Source: Candidatus Omnitrophota bacterium (GTDB lineage Bacteria > Ratteibacteria > UBA8468 > MWAK01). Taken from it: DNA of 64,000 nucleotides. The position numbers were made by a program, and so were the translations under genes. The DNA is taken from the NCBI GenBank assembly GCA_043826355.1, contig JBDRQI010000036.1:54643-118642 (forward strand), written 5' to 3'. How positions within the stretch are numbered: the first letter of the stretch is position 1; the number at the start of each line of letters is the position of its first letter. The notes below the pieces were generated by a model. That model was not told the DNA's origin. It saw only the letters and a list, made by a program, of their open reading frames with translations, and searched no databases. Shown here piece by piece: positions 9,815-18,168 of this stretch.

Positions 9815-10173
9815 TGGAAGCAAAGTTGCTCTATTTCCTCGTCATGGTTCTTTTCAGCGTCGGCCTTTTTGCCGTCTTTGCCATGAAAAACCTGATTAAG
9901 ATTATCATCGGGATAGCCATCATGGGTTACGCCGTCAATCTCTTCTTTGTCCTGCTCGGATACCGCAAGGGCGGCCTGGCGCCGATTATGGACGCAAAGA
10001 TGGACCCGCTCTTCTTCAGCCGGAACGCGGTCGACCCCCTGCCCCAGGCCCTGGTCCTTACCTCCATCGTCATCGGCCTGGCGCTGACGGCCCTGCTGAC
10101 CGCTTTCGTCCTGCGCCTCTACGAAAAGTACGGGACGTTTGACGTCACTAAAATTCGGAGATTAAAGGGATGA
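9814..10173 (+). CDS. mrpC: Mrp antiporter subunit C-like (MbhG)
   Basis: NLIKIIIG, AVNLFFV, DPLPQALVLTSIVIG, YEKYGTFDV. Confidence 0.88.
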   Translation: MEAKLLYFLVMVLFSVGLFAVFAMKNLIKIIIGIAIMGYAVNLFFVLLGYRKGGLAPIMDAKMDPLFFSRNAVDPLPQALVLTSIVIGLALTALLTAFVLRLYEKYGTFDVTKIRRLKG

Positions 10174-11702
10174 CAAACTTCCTTCTGCCGCTCCTGGTCG
10201 TCTTGCCCCTCTGCGGGGCGTTCCTGGTAATCCTGATACCGGACAAGAGGTACCGGACAGCCGATTTCCTGACCCCGGCAGTCACCTTCGGACTGTTGAT
10301 AATTGCAATCCAATTGGAACTGAGCGTAACCGGCGCCGGTACGCAAATCTATCAGGTCGGCGGCTGGCCCCCGCCCATCGGAATCTTCCTGAACCTTGAC
10401 CCGCTTTCGGGCCTGGTTCTGGTCGCGGTCAATATCCTGGGCTTTGCCGCCGCCATCTACGGCCTGGACTACCTCCGCCACTATTCCGCCGCAAACAGAT
10501 TCCAGTCTCTCTTTCTCATCCTGATGGCCGGGATGAACGGCGTAATCATATCCGGCGACATCTTCAACATCTACGTCTTTCTGGAGATAACCAGCATCGC
10601 CTCGTACGCCCTGGTTGCGTTCGGCATCAAGGCGGAAGAACTTGAAGCCGGCTTTAAGTACGCGGTGATGGGCATCATCGGCTCTTCCTTTATTCTGCTG
10701 GGAATCGCTCTCATCTACGGCCTCTTCGGAACGTTGAATTTGGCGCATCTCCAGAGCCTGGCGGCCCAGAACCGGGTCTCCGGACTGGGCGCGGTCTTCG
10801 GCCTCCTGCTGACCGGTTTTATGCTCAAAGCGGCCGCGGTACCTTTTCACACCTGGCTGCCGGATGCGCACTCCTCGGCCCCAGCCTCAATCTCCGCGCT
10901 CCTTTCCGGAGCCGTGGTAAAGGTGTTGGGCGTCTACCTGGCCGTGCGCATCTTCTTCTCCGTCTTCTACGCGCCGGCCCAGGATTCCTTCCTGATTATT
11001 TTGCGTTTATGCGGCGGACTATCAATGGTTCTGGGTGCGGTTATGGCGCTGGCCCAGAAAGACCTGAAACGCATCTTTGCCTATTCCACCATCAGCCAGG
11101 TCGGATATATTCTCCTGGCTTTCGGGCTGGGCACCCCCCTGGGAATCGCGGCCGGTTCCTTCCATCTCCTGAACCATGCCATCTCCAAGAGCCTCCTCTT
11201 CTTTAATGCAGGCGCGGTGGAAGAACAGACCGGCAGCCGGGACGTGGAAACTTTACGGGGCCTGAGCGAAACGATGCCTCAGACCGCGGCCCTGGGTACG
11301 GTCGGCATCCTCTCCACCGCCGGAATACCGCCGTTTGCCGGGTTCTGGAGCAAACTGCTCATCATCACCGCTGCTTTCCAGGCCGGTTTCTTCGGATACG
11401 GTACCGCGGCCCTGTTGACCGCCGTGCTGACCCTCTCTTATTTCGTGATTTTACAACAGCGCATCTTCTGGGAAAAACCGAAAGATATGCCGGAACAAAA
11501 AAAGGCGGAAACCGGTCCTTTTATGCGGACGGCGATGCTTATCCTGGCCTTGATAGCCATCTTCGGCGGCATCCTCTTTACGCCCAACCTCCGCAACCGG
11601 TTCTTTGATTCGGTAAGCCGGGCCATCTTAATCAACCCGGCTGTGGACACAACAGGGCAGGCGTCTCGCCTGCCATCAGATGCAGGAGGTACCCAAGAAT
11701 GA
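10170..11702 (+). CDS. mrpD: Mrp antiporter subunit D-like (MbhH)
   Basis: GGWPPPIGI, GDIFNIYVFLEITSIASYALV, LEAGFKY, PFHTWLPDAHSSAP, NHAISKSLLF, GIPPFAGFWSK. Confidence 0.88.
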   Translation: MTNFLLPLLVVLPLCGAFLVILIPDKRYRTADFLTPAVTFGLLIIAIQLELSVTGAGTQIYQVGGWPPPIGIFLNLDPLSGLVLVAVNILGFAAAIYGLDYLRHYSAANRFQSLFLILMAGMNGVIISGDIFNIYVFLEITSIASYALVAFGIKAEELEAGFKYAVMGIIGSSFILLGIALIYGLFGTLNLAHLQSLAAQNRVSGLGAVFGLLLTGFMLKAAAVPFHTWLPDAHSSAPASISALLSGAVVKVLGVYLAVRIFFSVFYAPAQDSFLIILRLCGGLSMVLGAVMALAQKDLKRIFAYSTISQVGYILLAFGLGTPLGIAAGSFHLLNHAISKSLLFFNAGAVEEQTGSRDVETLRGLSETMPQTAALGTVGILSTAGIPPFAGFWSKLLIITAAFQAGFFGYGTAALLTAVLTLSYFVILQQRIFWEKPKDMPEQKKAETGPFMRTAMLILALIAIFGGILFTPNLRNRFFDSVSRAILINPAVDTTGQASRLPSDAGGTQE

Positions 11703-12184
11703 ACCGCGCCACAACCTTCATTTTAAGTTTTGCCCTCTGGCTCCTCCTGACCTGGACCTTTGACCCGGTTACGGTTCTCCTCGGTCTGGGCATGGCCGGA
11801 GTCACCTCTTTCATCCTGGCCGATGATTTCCGGGGAAAACCGCACAAGTTCTGGCAGCCGCGGCGCTACGGATACTTCCTGCGCTATATCCCGTTTTTCG
11901 CCTACGAATTAGCCAGGGCAAACTTTTTGATGGCTTACCGGATTCTTTCTCCGAAACTTCCCATCAAGCCGGGGCTCGTCAAGGCCCGGACCGGACTGAA
12001 GAGCCACACCGGAAGGGCTTTCCTGGCCAATTCCATCACCCTGACACCCGGCACGATGACCGTGGATATGCAAGAGGACACACTCTATATCCACTGGATC
12101 TACACGCCGACCACCGACGAAAAAGAGGTCACCCGGAAGATTCCCGGTCCCTTTGAAAAATATCTCCAGGAGGTTTTTGAATGA
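11699..12184 (+). CDS. mrpE: Mrp antiporter subunit E-like (MbhA)
   Basis: LWLLLTW, PIKPGLV, LANSITLTPGTMTVD, LYIHWI. Confidence 0.9.
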   Translation: MNRATTFILSFALWLLLTWTFDPVTVLLGLGMAGVTSFILADDFRGKPHKFWQPRRYGYFLRYIPFFAYELARANFLMAYRILSPKLPIKPGLVKARTGLKSHTGRAFLANSITLTPGTMTVDMQEDTLYIHWIYTPTTDEKEVTRKIPGPFEKYLQEVFE

Positions 12185-12435
12185 TTCTTCTCTATTTCCT
12201 GATGCTGGTCTCCGTCCTGCTCTGCCTGGTGCGCGTCGCCCTGGGACCGACCGCGGCCGACCGGATAATGGCTATCGATATCCTGGGAATCGTTATCGTC
12301 TCGTTTTGCGCTTTCTTAACCTTCCAGACCGGCCGCAGCTGGTATCTGGATATCGCCATCTCCTGGTCTTTGCTGAACTTCATCGGCACCATCACCCTGG
12401 CCAAATACCTGGAAGGAAGGGGGCTTGACGAATGA
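12181..12435 (+). CDS. mrpF: Mrp antiporter subunit F-like (MbhB)
   Basis: RVALGPTAADRIMAID, YLDIAI..LLNFIGTITLAKYL. Confidence 0.9.
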   Translation: MILLYFLMLVSVLLCLVRVALGPTAADRIMAIDILGIVIVSFCAFLTFQTGRSWYLDIAISWSLLNFIGTITLAKYLEGRGLDE

Positions 12436-12821
12436 ACATCCTGGCCTATATCTGTTTCGGAATCGGGGTCTTCTTCAACTTCGTGGGATGCATCGGGCTT
12501 ATCCGGATGCCCGACCTCTACTGCCGTCTTCAGGCCTCCACCAAGAACGTGACCTTCGGCATCGGCTGGATATTCCTGGGCCTGATACTGGGCACGCATA
12601 CCCTGCCGGTAGCCGTAAAATCCATCCTCTGCGTCTCGTTCATCTTCTTCACCGCCCCGACCGCCGCCCACGCGCTTGCCCGGGCGGCCCACCTGGCCGG
12701 CGTCAAACTCTGGAAAGGAAGCATCAAGGACTCCCTGGAAGAAGATTTCGGCACCAAAGAAAGCCGCTACCGCGAACGCCTGGAGAAGTACGTCTATCAC
12801 GACGAGGAGACCGAAGAATAA
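12432..12821 (+). CDS. mrpG: Mrp antiporter subunit G-like (MbhC)
   Basis: IGLIRMPDLYCRLQASTK, TAPTAAHALARAA. Confidence 0.9.
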   Translation: MNILAYICFGIGVFFNFVGCIGLIRMPDLYCRLQASTKNVTFGIGWIFLGLILGTHTLPVAVKSILCVSFIFFTAPTAAHALARAAHLAGVKLWKGSIKDSLEEDFGTKESRYRERLEKYVYHDEETEE

Positions 12822-12882
12822 ATTACAAAAAATGTAGGGGCGGGGTTGCATCCCCGCCCGCATCCATAAAAAAGGAAAATCT

Positions 12883-13500
12883 ATGCGATACCCTAAATTA
12901 CGAGAATTAAAAGAGGCCTTGACCTCTCTATTTTCCAAACCTTTTACCAACGGATACCCTTTTCGGCCCCATTACCCGGAGAAACGTTTCCGGGGCAAGC
13001 CGGAATATCACAAGGAATACTGCGTCGGCTGCACCGCCTGCGCCCAGGTCTGCCCCTCCAACTGCATTGAATGGGTTGATGACGTCGCCGGCAACCCGCC
13101 GGTCCGGCGCTTTATCCTCCGCTACGATACGTGCATTATGTGCGGCCAGTGCCAGGCAAACTGCATCACGGAAAAAGGGATTCAACTATCCAAAATTTTT
13201 GAACTGGCCGGGTTTGACCGCAAGAAGATGATTGAAACGCAGGAAAATGAATTATTGCTCTGCGAAGACTGCGGCGAGGTGGCCGGCACCAAAGACCACA
13301 TCCGTTTCGTCCGGGAGAAGATCGGCGCCCTCTCTCTGGCCGGAGAAAACGGCCTGCTCCTTCTTCAGGAAGAACTGAACCTCACTCCCGGCCTCAAAGG
13401 AAAGATAGACCTGCCCCTGAAACGCAATGACCTCTTCCGGGTACTCTGCCCCAAGTGCCGCCGCGACCTGAACCTGACCGACGAGTGGAACCTGAAATAA
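12883..13500 (+). CDS. mbhN: NuoI/MbhN-like 2x[4Fe-4S] subunit with extra C-terminal CxxC..CxxC
   Basis: TNGYPF..RFRGKP, CVGCTACAQVCP, CIMCGQCQANC, then CEDC and CPKC. Confidence 0.85.
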   Translation: MRYPKLRELKEALTSLFSKPFTNGYPFRPHYPEKRFRGKPEYHKEYCVGCTACAQVCPSNCIEWVDDVAGNPPVRRFILRYDTCIMCGQCQANCITEKGIQLSKIFELAGFDRKKMIETQENELLLCEDCGEVAGTKDHIRFVREKIGALSLAGENGLLLLQEELNLTPGLKGKIDLPLKRNDLFRVLCPKCRRDLNLTDEWNLK

Positions 13501-13503
13501 ACT

Positions 13504-13641
13504 TGTCATTCCAAACATAAAATGTAGGGGGGAGGGGTTACACCCCCTCCCATTGTCATTCTGAACGCAGTGAAGAACCTCCTCTTTGTCGTTCCTGCAA
13601 AAAAAACATATGTCATTCCCGCATGTGGTAAGCGGGAATCC
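13504..13641. repeat. Cluster of mixed palindromic repeats at the end of the hydrogenase operon
   Basis: GTAGGGGGGAGGGG..CCCCCTCCC, TGTCATTCTGAACGCAGTGAAGAA, TGTCATTCCCGC..GCGGGAATCC. Confidence 0.7.
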
Positions 13642-13649
13642 TCCTAAAT

Positions 13650-14237
13650 ATGTCTCTTTTTAATCTCCGCGAATCGGCCATTCAATGGAGCCGCGGCCGC
13701 AATTTTTTCCTGCGCTTGCCGTTGCTGCTCTGGATGATCTATACGCTGGTCCGGCACCTCTCTAACCCCGAGTATCAGAGCATTATCAAACCGCTGAACC
13801 TCGGCCTCCACGAACTCGGCCATTTTGCTTTCATGGGGCTGGGACAATTCTGGGGTATCGCCGGCGGAAGCATCGTTCAACTCCTGATTCCAATCTTCGC
13901 CATCTTGATGTTCCTGCGCCAGCCGGATTTTTTCGCCATCTCCTTCACCCTGGCCTGGCTCTCCACCAACTTCTTTGACATCGCCGCCTACATCGGTGAT
14001 GCCGTGGAAATGACCCTGCCGCTTGTTTCGCCGTTCGGCGGGGAAAACACCATCCACGACTGGAACTATCTCCTGACCAGCCTGAACCTCCTGGAACGCT
14101 GTCAAGCCATAAGCAACCTGGCAAGATTTTTAGGGGTGATAACGATGCTGGCAGGAATTATCTTCGGTATCTGGCTTCTGGTTCATATGTGGCGGACCAG
14201 AGGCGAAGCCCCACCCCTGGATATTAAAAATTATTGA
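13650..14237 (+). CDS. Membrane protein with HExxH motif (peptidase M50B-like)
   Basis: LHELGH next to TM helices, AGGSIVQL, HDWNYLL. Confidence 0.6.
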   Translation: MSLFNLRESAIQWSRGRNFFLRLPLLLWMIYTLVRHLSNPEYQSIIKPLNLGLHELGHFAFMGLGQFWGIAGGSIVQLLIPIFAILMFLRQPDFFAISFTLAWLSTNFFDIAAYIGDAVEMTLPLVSPFGGENTIHDWNYLLTSLNLLERCQAISNLARFLGVITMLAGIIFGIWLLVHMWRTRGEAPPLDIKNY

Positions 14238-14247
14238 AAATCAGTTC

Positions 14248-14302
14248 TCATTGCGAGTCCCGTGAGGGCGAATTTTGCCCTTTTACGGGGCGCGGCAATC
14301 TC
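14248..14302. repeat. TCATTGCGAG...GCAATCTC family repeat
   Basis: Reverse complement matches the outer shell of 55871-56005; related short copy at 39943-39972. Confidence 0.6.
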
Positions 14303-14318
14303 ATCCCTTGACGCTCCT

Positions 14319-14347
14319 TTGACAAAAAACCTAAAAAATCTTAAAGT
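14319..14347 (+). promoter_or_regulatory. Candidate sigma70 promoter for the 14400 ORF
   Basis: TTGACA-17 nt-TAAAGT. Confidence 0.4.
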
Positions 14348-14399
14348 AACGTTGTGATAAATCAAAACTAAGTTTTACCATCGTAAAAAATGGGGAAAA

Positions 14400-14606
14400 A
14401 TGGCAGACAAAAAACTAATTCTATTTGAAATAGCTTTAATAATCGCAAGCGTGTTTATCTTCAGAAGTTTATGGATTTTGCTTGACAGAATATCCTGGAT
14501 GAACAAAGATTTGGTCCTTTGGATTTTTTTGTTACTGGGAATGATTATATCTTTTTTAACGTTATCTTACATGGCCAAACAAAAAAAAATAAACCTTAAT
14601 GATTAA
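14400..14606 (+). CDS. Small AT-rich 2-TM hypothetical protein
   Basis: 68-aa ORF with two hydrophobic segments, GGGGA RBS-like sequence, upstream promoter candidate. Confidence 0.6.
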   Translation: MADKKLILFEIALIIASVFIFRSLWILLDRISWMNKDLVLWIFLLLGMIISFLTLSYMAKQKKINLND

Positions 14607-14725
14607 CGTCAATTATTTTTTAAAAGAAAAACGGCTTGCGAAAAAAACAAAAACCGGCAAATAAAAAACAAGTAAATTTTTGCTTTGCCCGACTTCGCCA
14701 AGGATACGGCGGGCAAGACAAGGGA

Positions 14726-15523
14726 TTATTCGATTACTTTGATGGATTTGGTGGGGCATTTCTCGACGCAGACACCGCAGTTGTTGCAGTTTTCGTACTT
14801 TATCCGGGCGAGGTTATTCTCCAGCACGATGTCGTGCACCGGACAGTTCTTGACGCAGATGCCGCAGCCGATGCAGCCGGTTTTGCATATCTTGCGGACG
14901 AACGCGCCCTTGTCGTGGGATTTGCAGGAGATGTTTACCGTAAACTTATCTTCGATGAGTTCAATGATTTTTTTCGGACACGCGGCCACGCATAGCCCGC
15001 AGCCGGTACATTTGTTGATATCTATCACCGGGACTTTTCCGGGTCCGGTATGTTTTATCGCGCCGAAGGGGCACACCTTCACGCAGTCGCCCAGGCTCAG
15101 GCAGCCGTAGAGACAGGATTTATGGCCGCCGAAGATCTGATTTGCCGCTTTGCAGGTGTTGACTCCCCGGTAAGTAAAACGGTCGGCGCAGTTTTCCCCG
15201 CCCGAACAGACGATAACCGCTTTTTTCCTGGCGGCTGCGGTTACTTCCTTGCCGAATAAGCGGCCGATATCCCTGGCAATGTCAGGCCCGCCCACGGTGC
15301 ATTTTTCCACGGACGCTTTCTGGTCGCTGACCAGCCAGTCGGCGTATGATTCGCACCCGGCAAACCCGCAGGCGCCGCAGTTTGCCTTGGGGAGCATATC
15401 CATAATCTGCAGTTTCAATGGATTTTGCTTGATGCGGAAGATGCGGCTGGCCAGCGCCAGGCCGACGCCGAACAGGCACCCTAAACCGCCCAGGACCAGG
15501 ATAGACCAGAGTTGAGTATTCAT
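14726..15523 (-). CDS. rnfB: Rnf complex subunit B
   Basis: N-terminal TM, LPKANCGACGFAGC, CLSLGDCVKVCP, CTGCGLCVAACP, CIGCGICVKNCP, CNNCGVCVEKCP. Confidence 0.92.
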   Translation of the reverse strand: MNTQLWSILVLGGLGCLFGVGLALASRIFRIKQNPLKLQIMDMLPKANCGACGFAGCESYADWLVSDQKASVEKCTVGGPDIARDIGRLFGKEVTAAARKKAVIVCSGGENCADRFTYRGVNTCKAANQIFGGHKSCLYGCLSLGDCVKVCPFGAIKHTGPGKVPVIDINKCTGCGLCVAACPKKIIELIEDKFTVNISCKSHDKGAFVRKICKTGCIGCGICVKNCPVHDIVLENNLARIKYENCNNCGVCVEKCPTKSIKVIE

Positions 15524-16116
15524 TATATGCCGAATAATCCCTTAAAGCCCAAAAATGCCAGCGACATTAAACTTGCCAGGAAGAAGGCGATGGGGTATCC
15601 CTGCAAGGCCCTGGGGACAGGGGCGGTCATAATCCGCTCCCGCAAACCGGCGAAGAGGATGATGGCCAGCGTGAACCCGGAGGCGATGCCGATGCCGTGG
15701 ATAATGCTCTTGGATAAATTTAGCTCGTAATCGATATTCAGGAAAGTTACCGCCAGGATGGCGCAATTGGTGGTGATGAGGGGCAGGTAGATACCCATGC
15801 CGCGATAGAGCGGCTGGACGTATTTTTTGAGAAACATCTCCACCAGTTGGACCAGCGTCGCGATGGTCAGGATGAAGGTTCCGGTGCGCAGGAAAATCAG
15901 GTCCAGCGGCGCCAGAACCAGGTGGTAGATAACCCAGGAGACGATAACGGCGATGACGGTTACAAAGGTAACGGCGATGCTCATGCCCAGTGAATTCTTC
16001 AGGTTCTTGGAGAGGCCGAAAAAAGAGCACAGCCCGATAAACTTGATTAAGATTATGTTATTTATCAGGCAGGCGCTGATAAAGATTGAGGTGGAACTCA
16101 TACTATTGTTGACCAT
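15523..16116 (-). CDS. rnfA: Rnf complex subunit A
   Basis: NNIILIKFIGLCSFFG, IATLVQLVEM, GIYLPLITTNCAIL. Confidence 0.92.
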   Translation of the reverse strand: MVNNSMSSTSIFISACLINNIILIKFIGLCSFFGLSKNLKNSLGMSIAVTFVTVIAVIVSWVIYHLVLAPLDLIFLRTGTFILTIATLVQLVEMFLKKYVQPLYRGMGIYLPLITTNCAILAVTFLNIDYELNLSKSIIHGIGIASGFTLAIILFAGLRERIMTAPVPRALQGYPIAFFLASLMSLAFLGFKGLFGI

Positions 16117-16117
16117 A

Positions 16118-16726
16118 TTATTTTTCTTGCTTCTTTAGTTTAAGGTGGTTTAAGATGCCCATCAAAAGGCCGATGGTCACAAACCCGCCCGGGGGCATAA
16201 TCATAAAGAGAACCGGTTTGTCCATGATGATTTTGGAAAAGAGGCCGCCGTTACCCAGAAATTCGCGGATGACGCTGATGGCAACCATTACGATGAGAAA
16301 ACCGACGCTCGTTCCAAAGGCGTCAAGCACGGAAGAAACAACCGTGTTCTTGTAGGCGAAGGCCTCGGCGCGGGCGATGATGATGCAGTTGACGACGATG
16401 AGCGGCAGGAAGACGCCTAATTGTTTCTGGAGTTCCGGGGAATAGGCCCGGACGAGATAATCGATAATCGTAACGAAGGTGGAGATGACGATGATGAACA
16501 CGGGAATGCGGATTTCGTCCGGGGTGAATTTACGCAACAGGGATACCGTGAGGTTAGAGAAGAAGAGCACGAACGTAAAGGCGATGCTCATACCCACGGC
16601 GTTAAATACCGAAGTGGATACGGCCAGCACCGGGCATAACCCGATCATCAGCACCAGGACCGGGTTGCCGGTCAGGATGCCGTAGAGAAAATCATTTATT
16701 AACCTTGGTTTCGCCGCTTTGCTCAT
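16118..16726 (-). CDS. rnfE: Rnf complex subunit E
   Basis: NPVLVLMIGLCPVLAVS, IRIPVFIIVIS, LPLIVVNCIIIARAEAFA, PPGGF. Confidence 0.92.
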   Translation of the reverse strand: MSKAAKPRLINDFLYGILTGNPVLVLMIGLCPVLAVSTSVFNAVGMSIAFTFVLFFSNLTVSLLRKFTPDEIRIPVFIIVISTFVTIIDYLVRAYSPELQKQLGVFLPLIVVNCIIIARAEAFAYKNTVVSSVLDAFGTSVGFLIVMVAISVIREFLGNGGLFSKIIMDKPVLFMIMPPGGFVTIGLLMGILNHLKLKKQEK

Positions 16727-17240
16727 ATTGTTTGATAGAATCCAGTCCTTTCTTTACGGCTTCGACGCAGGCCCTGGAGGAGATGGTTGCGCCGGTAATG
16801 GCGTCTATGCCGACCCCGTCCTTCTTCAATATCAGTTCGGACGCGGCCTTCCGGTTGAACTGCCGCGTAAAGGTTTCCTTGGCTACGCCGTCGCCCAGAC
16901 CCGGCGTCTCAAAATGTTCCAGGATTTTAACGCCGACCACCCGGTTTTCGTTGTCAATTCCGGCGATAATCTTTATCTGGCCGCCGTAACCCTGCTGGCC
17001 GGCTTTGACAATCTTGCCCGCCGGCCTGCCGTCTTTGTCGAAAGCCACGGAATAATCTTCGCTCACTTCTTCAAACCGGTCGGCCGCCGGCAGAACCTCT
17101 CTCCGGGCCAGGTCTTCAATCTTTTTGGCCTGCGCTTCAATCATCGGCTCCGTCTTCCCGTAGACCACAGCCAGGCCGAAGGCCGCGATGACGCAGAGTA
17201 TTGTCAGCCGCAGCGTATAATTGATCAGTTTGGTAAACAT
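16692..17240 (-). CDS. rnfG: Rnf complex subunit G
   Basis: GYGGQI, ETPGLG, FMN-attachment motif DAITGATISS. Confidence 0.9.
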   Translation of the reverse strand: MFTKLINYTLRLTILCVIAAFGLAVVYGKTEPMIEAQAKKIEDLARREVLPAADRFEEVSEDYSVAFDKDGRPAGKIVKAGQQGYGGQIKIIAGIDNENRVVGVKILEHFETPGLGDGVAKETFTRQFNRKAASELILKKDGVGIDAITGATISSRACVEAVKKGLDSIKQYEQSGETKVNK

Positions 17241-17242
17241 TT

Positions 17243-18154
17243 TCAGGTTGCTCCGAACTTTTTGATTACGGTCATCTTATCGATAAACGGCGTCAGCATA
17301 TTCATAATCAGGATGGAGTAACAGACGCCTTCGGGAAAACCGCCTTTGAGTCGGATGAGCATAGTCAATACGCCGCACCCGATGCCGAAGATTATCTTAC
17401 CGTTCCGGCTCAAGGGCGTGGTGACCGGGTCAGTCGCCATAAAGAACGCGCCCAGGATAAGGCCGCCGGTCAGAAGGTGAAATACCGGGCTTTCGCGGAA
17501 GAGCAAAGCCAGGGCCGCGGCGGTTATGATGTAACTTAACGGCGTGTAGAGTTTGATATGCCTGCGGTAGAGCAGGTAGAGCGCGCCCAGCAGGAGCATC
17601 AGTTTGGGGGTTTCGCCCAGGGAACCGGCAAAGTTACCGAAGAAGAGCATCCAGGTGTCCGGCAAAATTCCCGGAAGGTTAAGTTTCGTAATGCCCAGCG
17701 GCGTCGCGGTGGTTAAAGCGTCGTAGGGTTGTATCCACAGAGACATATCCTTGGGCCAGGATACCTGCAGGAAGGCCCGGCCGACAAGCGCCGGGTTAAA
17801 AGGGTTGTGTCCCAGCCCGCCGAAGATTGCCTTGCCGACCAGGATGGCGAATAACCCGCCGGCGGCCGCTATCCAGAGCGGTATCGCCGGCGGCAGACAA
17901 AAGGCCAGCAACAAGCCCGTAACGATTGCGCTCAGGTCGGAAACCGTCTCCTTCCTCTTCGTTGCCTTGGCGAACAGATATTCCGCCAGGCAACAACTGG
18001 CCACGCAGGTTATGAGCAGGAATAAGCCCTTGTAGCGATAGAACCATATTGCCGTCAGCGCCGCAGGCGTAAGGGCAATTATTACGTCCCGCATTACCTG
18101 CCGGATATCCTGCCCGGATTTGATGTGGGGGGAAACGGCTACGGTTAAGTTCAT
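17243..18154 (-). CDS. rnfD: Rnf complex subunit D
   Basis: SPHI, DLSAIVTGLLL, FGGLGHNPFNPAL, TTATPL, GSLGET, FMATDPVT. Confidence 0.92.
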   Translation of the reverse strand: MNLTVAVSPHIKSGQDIRQVMRDVIIALTPAALTAIWFYRYKGLFLLITCVASCCLAEYLFAKATKRKETVSDLSAIVTGLLLAFCLPPAIPLWIAAAGGLFAILVGKAIFGGLGHNPFNPALVGRAFLQVSWPKDMSLWIQPYDALTTATPLGITKLNLPGILPDTWMLFFGNFAGSLGETPKLMLLLGALYLLYRRHIKLYTPLSYIITAAALALLFRESPVFHLLTGGLILGAFFMATDPVTTPLSRNGKIIFGIGCGVLTMLIRLKGGFPEGVCYSILIMNMLTPFIDKMTVIKKFGAT

Positions 18155-18168
18155 TTTCGGTTACCCCC

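Noticed and set aside
10119..12950. Long antisense ORFs (10119-10871, 12192-12950 and many similar across the window)
   Set aside because: Shadows of well-supported genes on the opposite strand, expected from codon bias
2377..13500. Respiratory complex I or a cofactor-less Ehr/Mbx complex
   Set aside because: The NuoD-like subunit keeps both Ni-binding CxxC motifs and hyp genes are nearby; no NuoEFG or NuoA
13504..13641. CRISPR array
   Set aside because: The repeats are heterogeneous palindromes without regular repeat-spacer periodicity, and no cas genes are in the window
16692..16726. Frameshift at the rnfG/rnfE overlap
   Set aside because: Both proteins are full-length with intact motifs; a 35-nt overlap is unremarkable
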